Shown one piece after another: positions 31,183-40,670 of a stretch of DNA of 64,000 nt. The notes beneath the pieces were generated by a model. The model was not told the origin of the DNA. It worked only from the letters and a program-made list of their open reading frames with translations, and made no database searches. How positions within the stretch are numbered: position 1 is the first letter of the stretch; the number at the start of each line of letters is the position of its first letter. This stretch comes from a bacterium (lineage in GTDB: Bacteria > UBA8248): positions 88,739 to 152,738 of the forward strand of contig CBDBZY010000043.1 in the NCBI GenBank assembly GCA_965213685.1, read 5' to 3'. Position numbers and translations under genes: made by a program.

Positions 31183-32174
31183 ACGAACCCGCAAGGCGGA
31201 AAAAGAGGAAGCGCAGCAAGGACAAGGGCGCGTTGCGCCAGTGGGCGGAGTATGCGCTGCTCGTTTCGCTGCTGTCGGCGATTCGCCTGATGCCCTACGG
31301 GGTTTGCCGGGCGGTTTCCGCCATGGCGGGCGATGCGGTTTTTCGCCTCGTTCCGAGGAGGAGGCGCGTCGCGTGCGCCAACCTCCGCATCGCGTTCCCC
31401 GAGCTGGACGAGGCGGAGCGCCTGGTTCTGGCGAGGCGCAGCTGCCGCTCGTTCATCCTGACGTGTCTGGAGGGGGCGAAATTTCTCGCCCGCTTCGAGC
31501 CCCGGCGGGCCAGGGAGTTGATGCGGGAGACCGTGGACGGGGCGGAGGAGATGCTGAAACGCGCGCGCGCGGCGCATGAGGACGCGCGCGGGTGCGTGTT
31601 TGTCGTGCCGCATCTGGGAAACTGGGAGTGCCTCGCCCACGCCGGTGCGTTGGCGGGGATTCCGCTGACCATTCCGGTGCGGCCCCTGGACAACCGAAAG
31701 CTCGAGGACGCACTCTACGGGATGCGCGCATCCTCCGGACAGAGGATCATCTCCAAGAAAAACGCTTTCTTCCACCTGCGCGAAGCCCTGCACAAGGGGC
31801 GTTCGGTGGCGATTCTGGCGGATCAGAACGCGGGTGCGGAGGGCATAGACGCGCCGTTTTTCGGCCGGGTGGCCAGCACGACGCCCGCACCCGCCGCCCT
31901 GGCGATTCTCTACAACCGGCCCATCGTCCTGATCGCGTGCCTCAGGAAGGGGGAGGGCCGGCGCTACGAGGCCTTCCTCGGCGGGCCGATAGCCCCCGAC
32001 GTGGACGCGCGAAGCGCGAAAGAGGAGATCAGGCGGCTCACGAGGCTGGTGAACGAGGAGACGGAAAACCTGATTCGCAAGGCGCCGGAGCAGTACCTAT
32101 GGATTCATGATCGCTGGAAACTCACCAAGGGCGGAGGCGGGAGGCGCCCCGGATGGGCGGACGATGGCGCCTGA
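31179..32174 (+). CDS. Lipid A acyltransferase (LpxL/HtrB family)
   Basis: NLRIAFPE, HLGNWE, LADQ, FFG, PEQYLWIHDRWK. Confidence 0.9.
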   Translation: MNEPARRKKRKRSKDKGALRQWAEYALLVSLLSAIRLMPYGVCRAVSAMAGDAVFRLVPRRRRVACANLRIAFPELDEAERLVLARRSCRSFILTCLEGAKFLARFEPRRARELMRETVDGAEEMLKRARAAHEDARGCVFVVPHLGNWECLAHAGALAGIPLTIPVRPLDNRKLEDALYGMRASSGQRIISKKNAFFHLREALHKGRSVAILADQNAGAEGIDAPFFGRVASTTPAPAALAILYNRPIVLIACLRKGEGRRYEAFLGGPIAPDVDARSAKEEIRRLTRLVNEETENLIRKAPEQYLWIHDRWKLTKGGGGRRPGWADDGA

Positions 32175-32208
32175 GGCGGGCGTCCGTCAAGGGCCGCGGA
32201 GAGGGCGG

Positions 32209-32610
32209 CTAGGGGGGCGGCGATGCCGATTGTTGCTTCAGGCACTCGAGGAAGGGCGCGCCCAGCTTCTCCAGCTTCGCCTCGAGCTTCTCCGTGCAGT
32301 CGCAATCGCCGCAAACGGGATACCCCTCGCAGGCTTCCGGATTTCGGGCGAAGCGCACGTCGATCCGCTCGAAATACGCCTCCCAGTAGGGCAGCTCCTC
32401 GCACAGCTCATAGCCCGGCCCGAACGCCTCTCGGCAGTAGCAGACCTCGAGCCAGCGCACCTCGCCCCCCTCCGTGAGCCTGGCCTCTTTCATGCACTTC
32501 AGAAAACTCTCGTGCGCGATGGAGCCGCGCCCGAGCGCACCAGTTTCGATGGCCTCGAGCAGGGCGGCGCTTTTGCCCGGGATCACTTTTCCGCGCACCA
32601 GGTATCGCAT
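32209..32610 (-). CDS. Hypothetical Cys-containing protein
   Basis: RBS GGAGGGAGGA before ATG; WLEVCYC and CEGYPVCGDCDC. Confidence 0.65.
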   Translation of the reverse strand: MRYLVRGKVIPGKSAALLEAIETGALGRGSIAHESFLKCMKEARLTEGGEVRWLEVCYCREAFGPGYELCEELPYWEAYFERIDVRFARNPEACEGYPVCGDCDCTEKLEAKLEKLGAPFLECLKQQSASPPP

Positions 32611-32737
32611 CGATCCTCCCTCCGCATCATTTTCACCCGCAAGCCGCTTCATTGTAACATGGTTGGCACCGTTCCTGTATAGATGGGGCGGGCGTCCGCG
32701 CCAGGGCGTGGGGCCAGGGATGAACCCGGGAGCCGGT

Positions 32738-34219
32738 ATGGAGAAGCCAATCCGCGTCGCCATGGCGGCGAGCGAGATGTTCCCCTTCGCCAAGACGGGC
32801 GGACTCGGGGACGTCATCGGCGCGCTTCCGCTCGCTCTGGGGCGCATGGGCCACGAGGTTTCCGTGTATCTGCCCGCGTATCGCTCCATCCTCCGGGAAT
32901 ATGCGCCGCCGCTGTCCGCCCAGGTTCCGGACCTGTTCGCCGATGCGCGCTACGAGATATTCTCGCTCGGGCATCAGGGGGTCGTCGTCCACCTCGTCGC
33001 CGCCGACGCGCTGTTCGATAGAGACGGATTCTACGGGGATGCGGGCGGGGCGTTCGCCGACAACGCCGAGCGCTTCGCCCGCTTCGCGCGCGGTGCGCTC
33101 TCTCACATGGCGGGGGAGGAGGCGCGCCCCTCCCTCATCCATTGCCACGACTGGCAGACCGCCCTGGTGCCGCCCCTGTTGCGGCTCTCGGGCGATGGGG
33201 GCTGGCGGGAGGTGGCCACCGTGTTCACCATCCACAATCTGGCGTATCAGGGAAGGTTTCAAAAGGCGGATTTCGCATACGCCTGCCTGCCCGACGGGGC
33301 GATGGACATCGAGGGCCTGGAGTTTCATGGCGACGTGAACTTCATGAAGGGCGGCATTTTGTTCAGCGACGCGCTCTCCACTGTGAGCCCGCGATATGCG
33401 CGGGAGATGCGGACGAAAGAGCAGGGCGAGGGGTTGGAGGGCGTGGTCGCCCGAAGGCTGCCCGCGCTGTTCGGGATCATGAACGGGATTGACGACGCGG
33501 TCTGGAACCCGGAGAGCGACCCCCATATCCCCGCCGCGTTCTCGCGTGCGCTTCCAGAGGGAAAAGCGCGGTGCCGCTCGGCGTTGCGGGCGGAGTTGGG
33601 GCTGGGCGCGGGCGTCGGCGGACCGCTGTGCGTCCTGATCTCGCGGCTGGCGTTTCAGAAGGGCGTCGACCTCCTGCTCGAAACCCTGGATGGGCTGATG
33701 GGCCTGGGGGCGGACCTGGCCGTTCTGGGTACCGGCGAGCGGGAGTGGGAGGCGGCCCTGGGCGCGGCCGCCGCCAGGCACCGGGGCCGGATGGCGTTCG
33801 TATCCGCTTATGACGAGGGGCTCGCGCACCGGATGTACGCGGGCGGCGACGTCTTGCTCATGCCCTCGCGCTACGAGCCTTCGGGACTGAACCAGCTCTA
33901 CGCCATGCGCTACGGCACCCTGCCCTACGTGCGGCGGGTGGGGGGCCTCGCGGATTCGGTGCGCTCCTCCGTCCCGCCCGACCCGGACGCGGACACCGGC
34001 TTTCATTTCGATGCGTTCGCCGCCCCGGATTTCCTCGCCGGCATGGAGAGGGTTTGCCGCGCGTTTTGGGATCAGGGGGCATGGCGTATGATGGTCCGCA
34101 ACGCCATGCGGCAGAGATTCGGCTGGGACGAGGTGGCGCCTCGCTACGTTGATTTGTACGAGAGGGCGATGCGCTTGCGGGCGGGTGGAGGCGAGCCGGC
34201 CGGAAAGGGGGCGAGTTGA
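32738..34219 (+). CDS. glgA: Glycogen synthase
   Basis: KTGGLGDV, HCHDWQT, TIHNLAYQG, PSRYEP. Confidence 0.95.
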   Translation: MEKPIRVAMAASEMFPFAKTGGLGDVIGALPLALGRMGHEVSVYLPAYRSILREYAPPLSAQVPDLFADARYEIFSLGHQGVVVHLVAADALFDRDGFYGDAGGAFADNAERFARFARGALSHMAGEEARPSLIHCHDWQTALVPPLLRLSGDGGWREVATVFTIHNLAYQGRFQKADFAYACLPDGAMDIEGLEFHGDVNFMKGGILFSDALSTVSPRYAREMRTKEQGEGLEGVVARRLPALFGIMNGIDDAVWNPESDPHIPAAFSRALPEGKARCRSALRAELGLGAGVGGPLCVLISRLAFQKGVDLLLETLDGLMGLGADLAVLGTGEREWEAALGAAAARHRGRMAFVSAYDEGLAHRMYAGGDVLLMPSRYEPSGLNQLYAMRYGTLPYVRRVGGLADSVRSSVPPDPDADTGFHFDAFAAPDFLAGMERVCRAFWDQGAWRMMVRNAMRQRFGWDEVAPRYVDLYERAMRLRAGGGEPAGKGAS

Positions 34220-35445
34220 ATCCACGTGAGCCTCGAAGCCTGGCCTTCGTCATGGCGGGCGGCGCCGGAAGCAGGCTGCGCCCCCTGACGGTCGCCCGCG
34301 GCAAGCCCGCCGTGCCTTTCGGGTCAAAATACCGCATCATCGATTTCGTGCTCAGCAATCTGGTGAACTCGGACTATCAGTCCATCTACGTGCTGGTGCA
34401 GTATCTGGCGCAATCCCTGATCGATCATCTGCGGATATCCTGGAACATCAGCGGGCCGCTGGCGAGGAGTTTCGTGACGGCCGTTCCGCCGCAGCAGCGC
34501 TCCGGGGAGTTCTGGTTCAAGGGGACGGCGGATTCCATCCATCAGAACAGAAACCTGGTGACCGACCACGCGCCCGACATCGTTCTGGTGTTCGGGGCGG
34601 ACCACATCTACCGCATGGACGTGCGGCAGATGGTCCGGTTTCATCTCGAACGCGGGGCGGACGCGACGATATCGGCTCTGCCGGCGCCCCTCGAGGAGGC
34701 CCGCGAGTTCGGCGTGCTGGCCGTGGACCGGGAGGGGCGGGTGGAGCGCTTCGACGAGAAGCCCGCGAACCCTCGGCCCACGCCGGACGACTCCTCGCGC
34801 GCGCTTTGCTCCATGGGGAATTACGTGTTCTCCGCCAACGTGCTGATGGACGCGCTCATCAGCGACGCGGCGCGGGAGGGGGAGCACGACTTCGGGCGCA
34901 CCATCATCCCCGCCCTGCTGGGCGAGCGCAAGAAGATGTACGCCTATGATTTTCTGACCAACGAGGTTCCCGGATTGAAGGCGACCGAGGAGAGGGGCTA
35001 CTGGCGCGACGTGGGAACCATCCGCACCTATTGGGAAACGCAGATGGACCTGCTGGGCGAGGCCCCGCGCCTGGATTTGAGCAATCCGGAGTGGCCGATA
35101 CGCACCGGCGCCTATCCGGGGCCCGGCAGCCGCATCATATCCACGCGGGTGGAGAACGCCCTCGTTGGGGAGGGGTGCCAGATTGTGGGCGCGCGGATTG
35201 AGCGTTCCGTCATCGGCCGCGGCGTGGTGATCGCCCGGGGGGCGGAGATCGCGGACTCCGTCGTCATGGATCACTCCTATATCGGGCCCGGCGCCAGGCT
35301 GCGGAAGGCGATTGTCGACCGGTTCAACCGGATCGAGGCGGGAGCCTGCGTGACGGAGGGGCGCGCGGGGGACTTTCCCGGCTCGGTGTCCGACCCCTCG
35401 GGCATCATCGTGCTGCCTCGCGGGTTCACCCGGCCCGTCATATAG
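34216..35445 (+). CDS. glgC: Glucose-1-phosphate adenylyltransferase
   Basis: AGGAGSRL, KPAVPFG, GTAD, DHIYRMD, YWRDVGT. Confidence 0.95.
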   Translation: MNPREPRSLAFVMAGGAGSRLRPLTVARGKPAVPFGSKYRIIDFVLSNLVNSDYQSIYVLVQYLAQSLIDHLRISWNISGPLARSFVTAVPPQQRSGEFWFKGTADSIHQNRNLVTDHAPDIVLVFGADHIYRMDVRQMVRFHLERGADATISALPAPLEEAREFGVLAVDREGRVERFDEKPANPRPTPDDSSRALCSMGNYVFSANVLMDALISDAAREGEHDFGRTIIPALLGERKKMYAYDFLTNEVPGLKATEERGYWRDVGTIRTYWETQMDLLGEAPRLDLSNPEWPIRTGAYPGPGSRIISTRVENALVGEGCQIVGARIERSVIGRGVVIARGAEIADSVVMDHSYIGPGARLRKAIVDRFNRIEAGACVTEGRAGDFPGSVSDPSGIIVLPRGFTRPVI

Positions 35446-35449
35446 CCCG

Positions 35450-36958
35450 ATGCGACTGGCGGACATCAGGGCGCGGGCGGAGGCCTTTCTCGTCGAGTCG
35501 CGCAGGGAGTGGTATGAGGTCGGAGCGGGCCTGAAAAAAGAGGCGCGCCTGCGCGAGATTTTCGCCAGGTACGCCGACCTTTTTTCGCACGAGAACGTCG
35601 AAACCCTCCGGAAGCTAGCCGGCTCCGCCGACGATGGAGCGGAACGCGCGAGGCTGTCCGAGTTGCGCGGTTTTCTGACGTTCGGCGCGATACGCGACGC
35701 GCTCAAGGACTGGAGCGAGCAAGCGCTTCGCTTCGAGACCCGCGCCGTGGTGAAGACGGCGACGGGCGAATCGGTTCCTTACCGCCAGAGCGCCGTCGTC
35801 CTGCTGAACGAGGCGAGCCGGCAGAGGCGCGTGTTTCTCGAAAACGCGCGTTCGGACGCCCTGGCGGAGAAGAACGTTTTTTTGGAGAACATGCACCGCA
35901 TCACCCACCAGATGGCGGAGAGGCTGGGCTTCGATGGCTATCTGGGGATGATGGCGGTGCTGAAGCGCTATCCGCTGGACCCCGTTCGGGAGGAGATGCG
36001 CCGCTTCCTCGGGCGCACGGAGGCTCTTTACGCTGATGCGATGGAGGGGACGCTGCGGCGGGCGGGCATCCCCGTCGCATCCGCGCAGCGCCACGACGCC
36101 CTCCATTGTTTTCGGGGCGCGGCGTTCGACCGCCTCTTCCCGGCGGATGCAATCGTGGCGTCGGCCCGGCGGATTTGCGGGGCGATGGGCCTCGACCTGC
36201 TGGCGGGGGGCAAGGTGCGCCTCGACATCGACGAGCGCCCGCTGAAGAGTCCCCGCGCGTTTTGCGCCTCCGTGCGCGTCCCGGAGGAGGTGTACCTCGT
36301 CGTCCGGCCCCGCGGCGGGCATGACGATTACCGCGCGTTCTGGCACGAGCTGGGCCACGCCCTGCATTTCGCCCACGCCTCGGCGGACGCGGACTTTGAA
36401 TCCAGGCGCCTCGGCGACAACTCCGTGACCGAGGGATTCGCCATGCTCTTCGACCACCTGCTGCTCGACCCGCTCTGGCTCGCGGACGCCCTCGGCGGGG
36501 AGGCGTCCGACTACGCGGCGTTCCTGCGCCACCACGCGCTGTCCGAGTTGTATATGCTGCGGCGCTACGCCGCGAAGGTGGACTATGAACTCAAGCTCCA
36601 TCAGGGCGCGGAACTCGCTGGCAAGGGCGAGGCGTATCAGGAGAAGCTGGGCGCGGCGACGATGGTGGAGTTTCCCAGCGCCTCCTATCTCGACGACGTG
36701 GACCCGTTTTTCTACTGCGCGAACTACCTGCGGGCGTGGATGCTGCAAGCCCAGACGGCGGAAGTTCTGCGAACGAGGTTTGGCGGGAGATGGTGGGCCA
36801 GCGAAGGAAGCGGCGGGTTCCTGAGAGACCTGTGGCGGGACGGACAGCGCCACGACGGGGACTCCCTCTCCCGCCATCTCGGCTATCGGCGGCTGACCAC
36901 AGAGCCGCTCGAGGCGCAAATCAGAAGTTTGATGGCGCATCCGAACGGGAGGGGATGA
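35450..36958 (+). CDS. M3-like (gluzincin) zinc oligopeptidase
   Basis: KSPRAFC, HELGHALH, downstream TEGFA. Confidence 0.75.
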   Translation: MRLADIRARAEAFLVESRREWYEVGAGLKKEARLREIFARYADLFSHENVETLRKLAGSADDGAERARLSELRGFLTFGAIRDALKDWSEQALRFETRAVVKTATGESVPYRQSAVVLLNEASRQRRVFLENARSDALAEKNVFLENMHRITHQMAERLGFDGYLGMMAVLKRYPLDPVREEMRRFLGRTEALYADAMEGTLRRAGIPVASAQRHDALHCFRGAAFDRLFPADAIVASARRICGAMGLDLLAGGKVRLDIDERPLKSPRAFCASVRVPEEVYLVVRPRGGHDDYRAFWHELGHALHFAHASADADFESRRLGDNSVTEGFAMLFDHLLLDPLWLADALGGEASDYAAFLRHHALSELYMLRRYAAKVDYELKLHQGAELAGKGEAYQEKLGAATMVEFPSASYLDDVDPFFYCANYLRAWMLQAQTAEVLRTRFGGRWWASEGSGGFLRDLWRDGQRHDGDSLSRHLGYRRLTTEPLEAQIRSLMAHPNGRG

Positions 36959-37075
36959 CGGCGCGGCCCCTCTCCGGAGGCCGCCTCCCGGCGCGCGCCG
37001 CATGACGGCGGAGGGGAGGGGGCTCCGTCCGCGCGATACAGGGCGCCGACGGCCCGCGCTCTCCCCCGTCGCGCG

Positions 37076-38134
37076 CTACAGCGCGACCGGCTTGCGCTCC
37101 CGGCAGGAGCGATCCGCCGCCATGGTCAGTGCCAGCACCTGCCGGGCGTGCGCGCCCGTGGCGAGTCCCACGCCGCCCATGCCCAGGATGTGGCGCACGA
37201 AGGCGTCGGTCTCCTCCTTCATGGGGCCAAAGAACTCGCCCATCACGAAGTCTCCCGGCATGGCGGAGCCCAGGAAGGCGACGTTCACCTGGTGCTCGGG
37301 CGTGTAGGGGCAGGGGATGGCCTCCTCGGGCGCCAGAATGACGTCGCGGTGCGCGTCGTCGACGTTCAGGGATCCTTTTGTGCCCTGCAGGTCAATCTCC
37401 ATCGTCGCCGTATAGGCGGGCCAGTGGTGGGGCGGAAGCCAGCTCGTGCCCAGCGTGGCCACGCTCCCGTCGTCGAAGGTGACGATCATCCACTGAAAAT
37501 CGTCGCGCCCGTATTTTCGGAAGACGAAGCTCGCCGAGCGGGCGTAGACCTCGACGGGCTTTTTCCCCTCCATATACCAGAGGATGAGGTCGACCATGTA
37601 GGTGAGCGTGTTGATGGAGGGCGTGGTGTTGGGCGAGCGCCTCGCCACCGCCTCGCCCACGGCGCGCGTCACGTAAATCTTTCCGAGCGCCATCACGATG
37701 TCGCCGAGCTGCCCGGCGAACGCCGCCTGCTTCGCGAGGAGAAAGCGCCTTCGGTAGCGCTGGGTGTAGCCCACGAAAATCTCGGCGCCGGACCTCTCGG
37801 CTTTCGTCAGAATGTCGTCCGCCTCGTCCAGATCGAGGACGAAGGGCTTCTCGATGAGCGCGGGCTTGCCGAGATCGGCCGCCAGCGCCGCCGGCCCGTG
37901 GTGGAACTCCTCGTCCGAGGAGACGATGACGGCGCCCACCCGCTCGTCGCGTATCGCCTCCTCGTATTTTTCCGTCGCCACGTCGGCGCGGACGGATTCC
38001 GCTAGGCGGTCGAGCTTCTCGGGCACGATGTCGCACACCGCCAGATAGTCCACCTGGGGAATTTGCGCGCACGAATGCGCCCGGAGCGTTCCGATGCCAC
38101 CGGCGCCGATGACGGCGACTCCTGTCGTTTTCAC
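37076..38134 (-). CDS. Gfo/Idh/MocA family oxidoreductase
   Basis: IGAGGIG, EKP, GYTQRY. Confidence 0.88.
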   Translation of the reverse strand: MKTTGVAVIGAGGIGTLRAHSCAQIPQVDYLAVCDIVPEKLDRLAESVRADVATEKYEEAIRDERVGAVIVSSDEEFHHGPAALAADLGKPALIEKPFVLDLDEADDILTKAERSGAEIFVGYTQRYRRRFLLAKQAAFAGQLGDIVMALGKIYVTRAVGEAVARRSPNTTPSINTLTYMVDLILWYMEGKKPVEVYARSASFVFRKYGRDDFQWMIVTFDDGSVATLGTSWLPPHHWPAYTATMEIDLQGTKGSLNVDDAHRDVILAPEEAIPCPYTPEHQVNVAFLGSAMPGDFVMGEFFGPMKEETDAFVRHILGMGGVGLATGAHARQVLALTMAADRSCRERKPVAL

Positions 38135-38238
38135 TGTCGTCTCCTCATAGAATGTATCTAATGTATCGGTTGCGTCCGCCCCGCGCGGGCGGAATAATCC
38201 CCGTATCTCCAGTCCCCATCGCATACCGGGAGTAGCCC

Positions 38239-39216
38239 ATGCGCATCGACGTGCAAACCCATCATGTGCCGCGAGCCTACCTCCGGGCGCTCGCCGCCCG
38301 CCCGGATTTCCCCCGCTACGAGAGAGCGCGGGATTTCTGGTGGGCGTGGGCCAGCCCGGACGAGAGGCTCCCCATGCGGCCTCCCGCCCTGGACATCTCC
38401 ATGAAGCTGGCCGAAATGGACGAGCAGGAAATCGATATTGCCCTAATCAGCATCAACATTCCAGGCCCGGACCTCGCCAGGGACCCGAATGATGCGGATG
38501 CGCTCGCGAGAATCGGCAACGACGCCCTCGCCGAGGCCGCGGCGCTTCACCCGGGGCGATTCCGCGGCGTGGCCTCGCTCGGCTTCGGGGAGATCGACGC
38601 GACGTGCCGGGAGCTCGCGCGCTGCGTGGACGACCTGCGTTTCGTGGCCCTGCAGGTTTTCGCCTACGTGGGCGGGAGGCGCTATATCGACGACCCCGCC
38701 CACGAGCCCCTGTGGAGCCTCCTGGCGGAGCGCGGGGTTCCCCTCGTGCTGCACCCGGGGCCCTCTCCGTCCGGGCCGCACTACAGGGATCACTGGCTGG
38801 GGCCGATGATCGGCTTCATGTTCGACGAGTGCCTGGCGGCGCTTCGGCTCATTCTGGGCGGCGTGCTGGAGCGGCACCCCGGCCTCAAGGTGCTCTTGCC
38901 GCACGGGGGCGCCTCGCTCCCGCTGTTCATCGGGCGGGTGGACAGCCTGAGCGCCCGCTACCGCGACGAGCAGGAGCACATCACCCGGCCGCCGGGGGAA
39001 TACTTCGAGCGCTTTTGCACGGACACGGTGGTGCATTCGCAGACGGCGCTGGAATTCGCCCTGCAGGAGATGGGGCCGTCGCGCATGATGTTCGCCAGCG
39101 ACGCCCCCTGGGTGCCCGTGAAGCGGCACGTGGACATGGTGGAGTCCCTCGCGCTTTCCCCCGAGGATGCGGAGCGGATATGGAGCGGCACGGCCCGGGC
39201 GTTTTTCGGGCTGTAG
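38239..39216 (+). CDS. Amidohydrolase_2 family (ACMSD-like decarboxylase/hydrolase)
   Basis: IDVQTH, LHP, PHGGA, FASDAP. Confidence 0.88.
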   Translation: MRIDVQTHHVPRAYLRALAARPDFPRYERARDFWWAWASPDERLPMRPPALDISMKLAEMDEQEIDIALISINIPGPDLARDPNDADALARIGNDALAEAAALHPGRFRGVASLGFGEIDATCRELARCVDDLRFVALQVFAYVGGRRYIDDPAHEPLWSLLAERGVPLVLHPGPSPSGPHYRDHWLGPMIGFMFDECLAALRLILGGVLERHPGLKVLLPHGGASLPLFIGRVDSLSARYRDEQEHITRPPGEYFERFCTDTVVHSQTALEFALQEMGPSRMMFASDAPWVPVKRHVDMVESLALSPEDAERIWSGTARAFFGL

Positions 39217-39224
39217 GGGGGCCT

Positions 39225-39680
39225 CTAGGCGTCGCTTCTGAGCAGCATCCGCTTCACGTCGTATTCGAGCACCACCTCGTTTTTCTGGTTCCGCACCCTT
39301 TGGTGCGTGGAGACGACGCCTCGGTCGGGACGGCTCCTGGACGGGCGGGTCGCCGTCGTCTTCACCTCCACCCGCAGCGTGTCCCCCACATACACCGGCG
39401 CGCGCGCGATGAGGCCGTCCACCCCGAGGAGCGCGACCGCGTAATCGCCCAAGACGCCCGTCTGGACGATGAGCGCATCCGCGACGGCGCAGGTGAAAAG
39501 GGCGGGCGCCATGCGCCTGTCGTGCCCCTTCTCCCGCAGAAACTCCATGTCGAGGAACAGGCTTTCCGTGTAGCCCGCCAGGTGGACGTAGTGCACCACG
39601 TCGGTCTCGGTGATGGTTCTGCCCCGGGTGGTGAACTCGCGCCCGACCTCCCATCTTTCAAACGCGACGCCCTGGTTCAT
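39225..39680 (-). CDS. MaoC-like dehydratase
   Basis: RTITETD, PVYVGDTL, NQ..EVV hotdog-fold pattern. Confidence 0.85.
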   Translation of the reverse strand: MNQGVAFERWEVGREFTTRGRTITETDVVHYVHLAGYTESLFLDMEFLREKGHDRRMAPALFTCAVADALIVQTGVLGDYAVALLGVDGLIARAPVYVGDTLRVEVKTTATRPSRSRPDRGVVSTHQRVRNQKNEVVLEYDVKRMLLRSDA

Positions 39681-39812
39681 GTGGACCCTCCGGAATGGTT
39701 GCGCCTCGCAGCGAGAGAAGAAATTCTACACGCATGCGCCGGCATGTTCCAGATTCGCGCGCCTCCTCTCGCCGGAGAACCCGCCGCGGGAATGACGAAC
39801 CGCCCTCCCCCT

Positions 39813-39829
39813 CCCCCCCCCCCCCCCCC
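39813..39829. repeat. C17 homopolymer in divergent intergenic region
   Basis: 17 consecutive C read directly, preceded by ccctccccct. Confidence 0.85.
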
Positions 39830-39923
39830 GGGGAGCGAAAAAACGGGTGGAACCTCGCCTCGTCTCATGGTATGATGGCCTTGTTACGCTTGGATACGGG
39901 GCCGCCGCAGGGGGGATGGGCGA

Positions 39924-40658
39924 ATGAGGCGCTGGGGAATCATAGCGAGTCTGGGCGTTGTGGCGATCATTTTGGTGGTCAACGACGCGGTTGCGGACAG
40001 CCGGCGCCACCGGCGCGGCGGATGGCATCGGCACGACGGGTCGCACCGGCACCGCAGAGCGCATCGGCGCCGCCTTCGCTCCCGGCTCTTCCTGCATCAT
40101 GCGTTTTGGTATGGCCCGCGCTGGTACGGCCCGCGCTTCGCGTATCCGGTCTGGTACGGCCCGCGCTTCATCCCCCGCGGCTATCACAAACACCATCACC
40201 ACCACTACGCGCATCGTGGCCATCACCACGTGGACGAATGCGGGTTCGTCAGCTCGGAGAACGAGGCGCTCGGAGGTGTGCTGGGCGCGATTGGCGGCGC
40301 GGTGGTCGGCCATCAAATAGGAGACGGAAGCGGGCGCGTGCTGGCGACGTTCGCCGGGACGATCATCGGCGGCATGCTGGGGGCGGGCGTTGGCCGGGAC
40401 CTCGATGACGCGCAACGGCTCAAGCTCGAGGTCGCCACGCAGTATGCGCTCGAGAACCAGCGCTCCGGCACGCGCACCACCTGGCGCGGCCCGGGGAGGC
40501 GGGCGTGCGGCGTCATCGTCCCCCGGCCGGCGTTCCGGAACGAGGTCCGCCAGTATTGCCGGGAGTTCCAGCAGACCATCGTCATCGACGGCAAGCGGGA
40601 AAGCGCCTACGGCACCGCCTGCCGGCAACCCGACGGGCAGTGGAAAATCGCCAACTAG
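39924..40658 (+). CDS. Glycine-zipper / 17-kDa surface antigen-like secreted protein with His/Arg-rich N-terminus
   Basis: Signal peptide, GGVLGAIGGAVVG zipper, YCREFQQ...YGTACRQPDGQW. Confidence 0.85.
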   Translation: MRRWGIIASLGVVAIILVVNDAVADSRRHRRGGWHRHDGSHRHRRAHRRRLRSRLFLHHAFWYGPRWYGPRFAYPVWYGPRFIPRGYHKHHHHHYAHRGHHHVDECGFVSSENEALGGVLGAIGGAVVGHQIGDGSGRVLATFAGTIIGGMLGAGVGRDLDDAQRLKLEVATQYALENQRSGTRTTWRGPGRRACGVIVPRPAFRNEVRQYCREFQQTIVIDGKRESAYGTACRQPDGQWKIAN

Positions 40659-40670
40659 CTCCCTGGTCGC

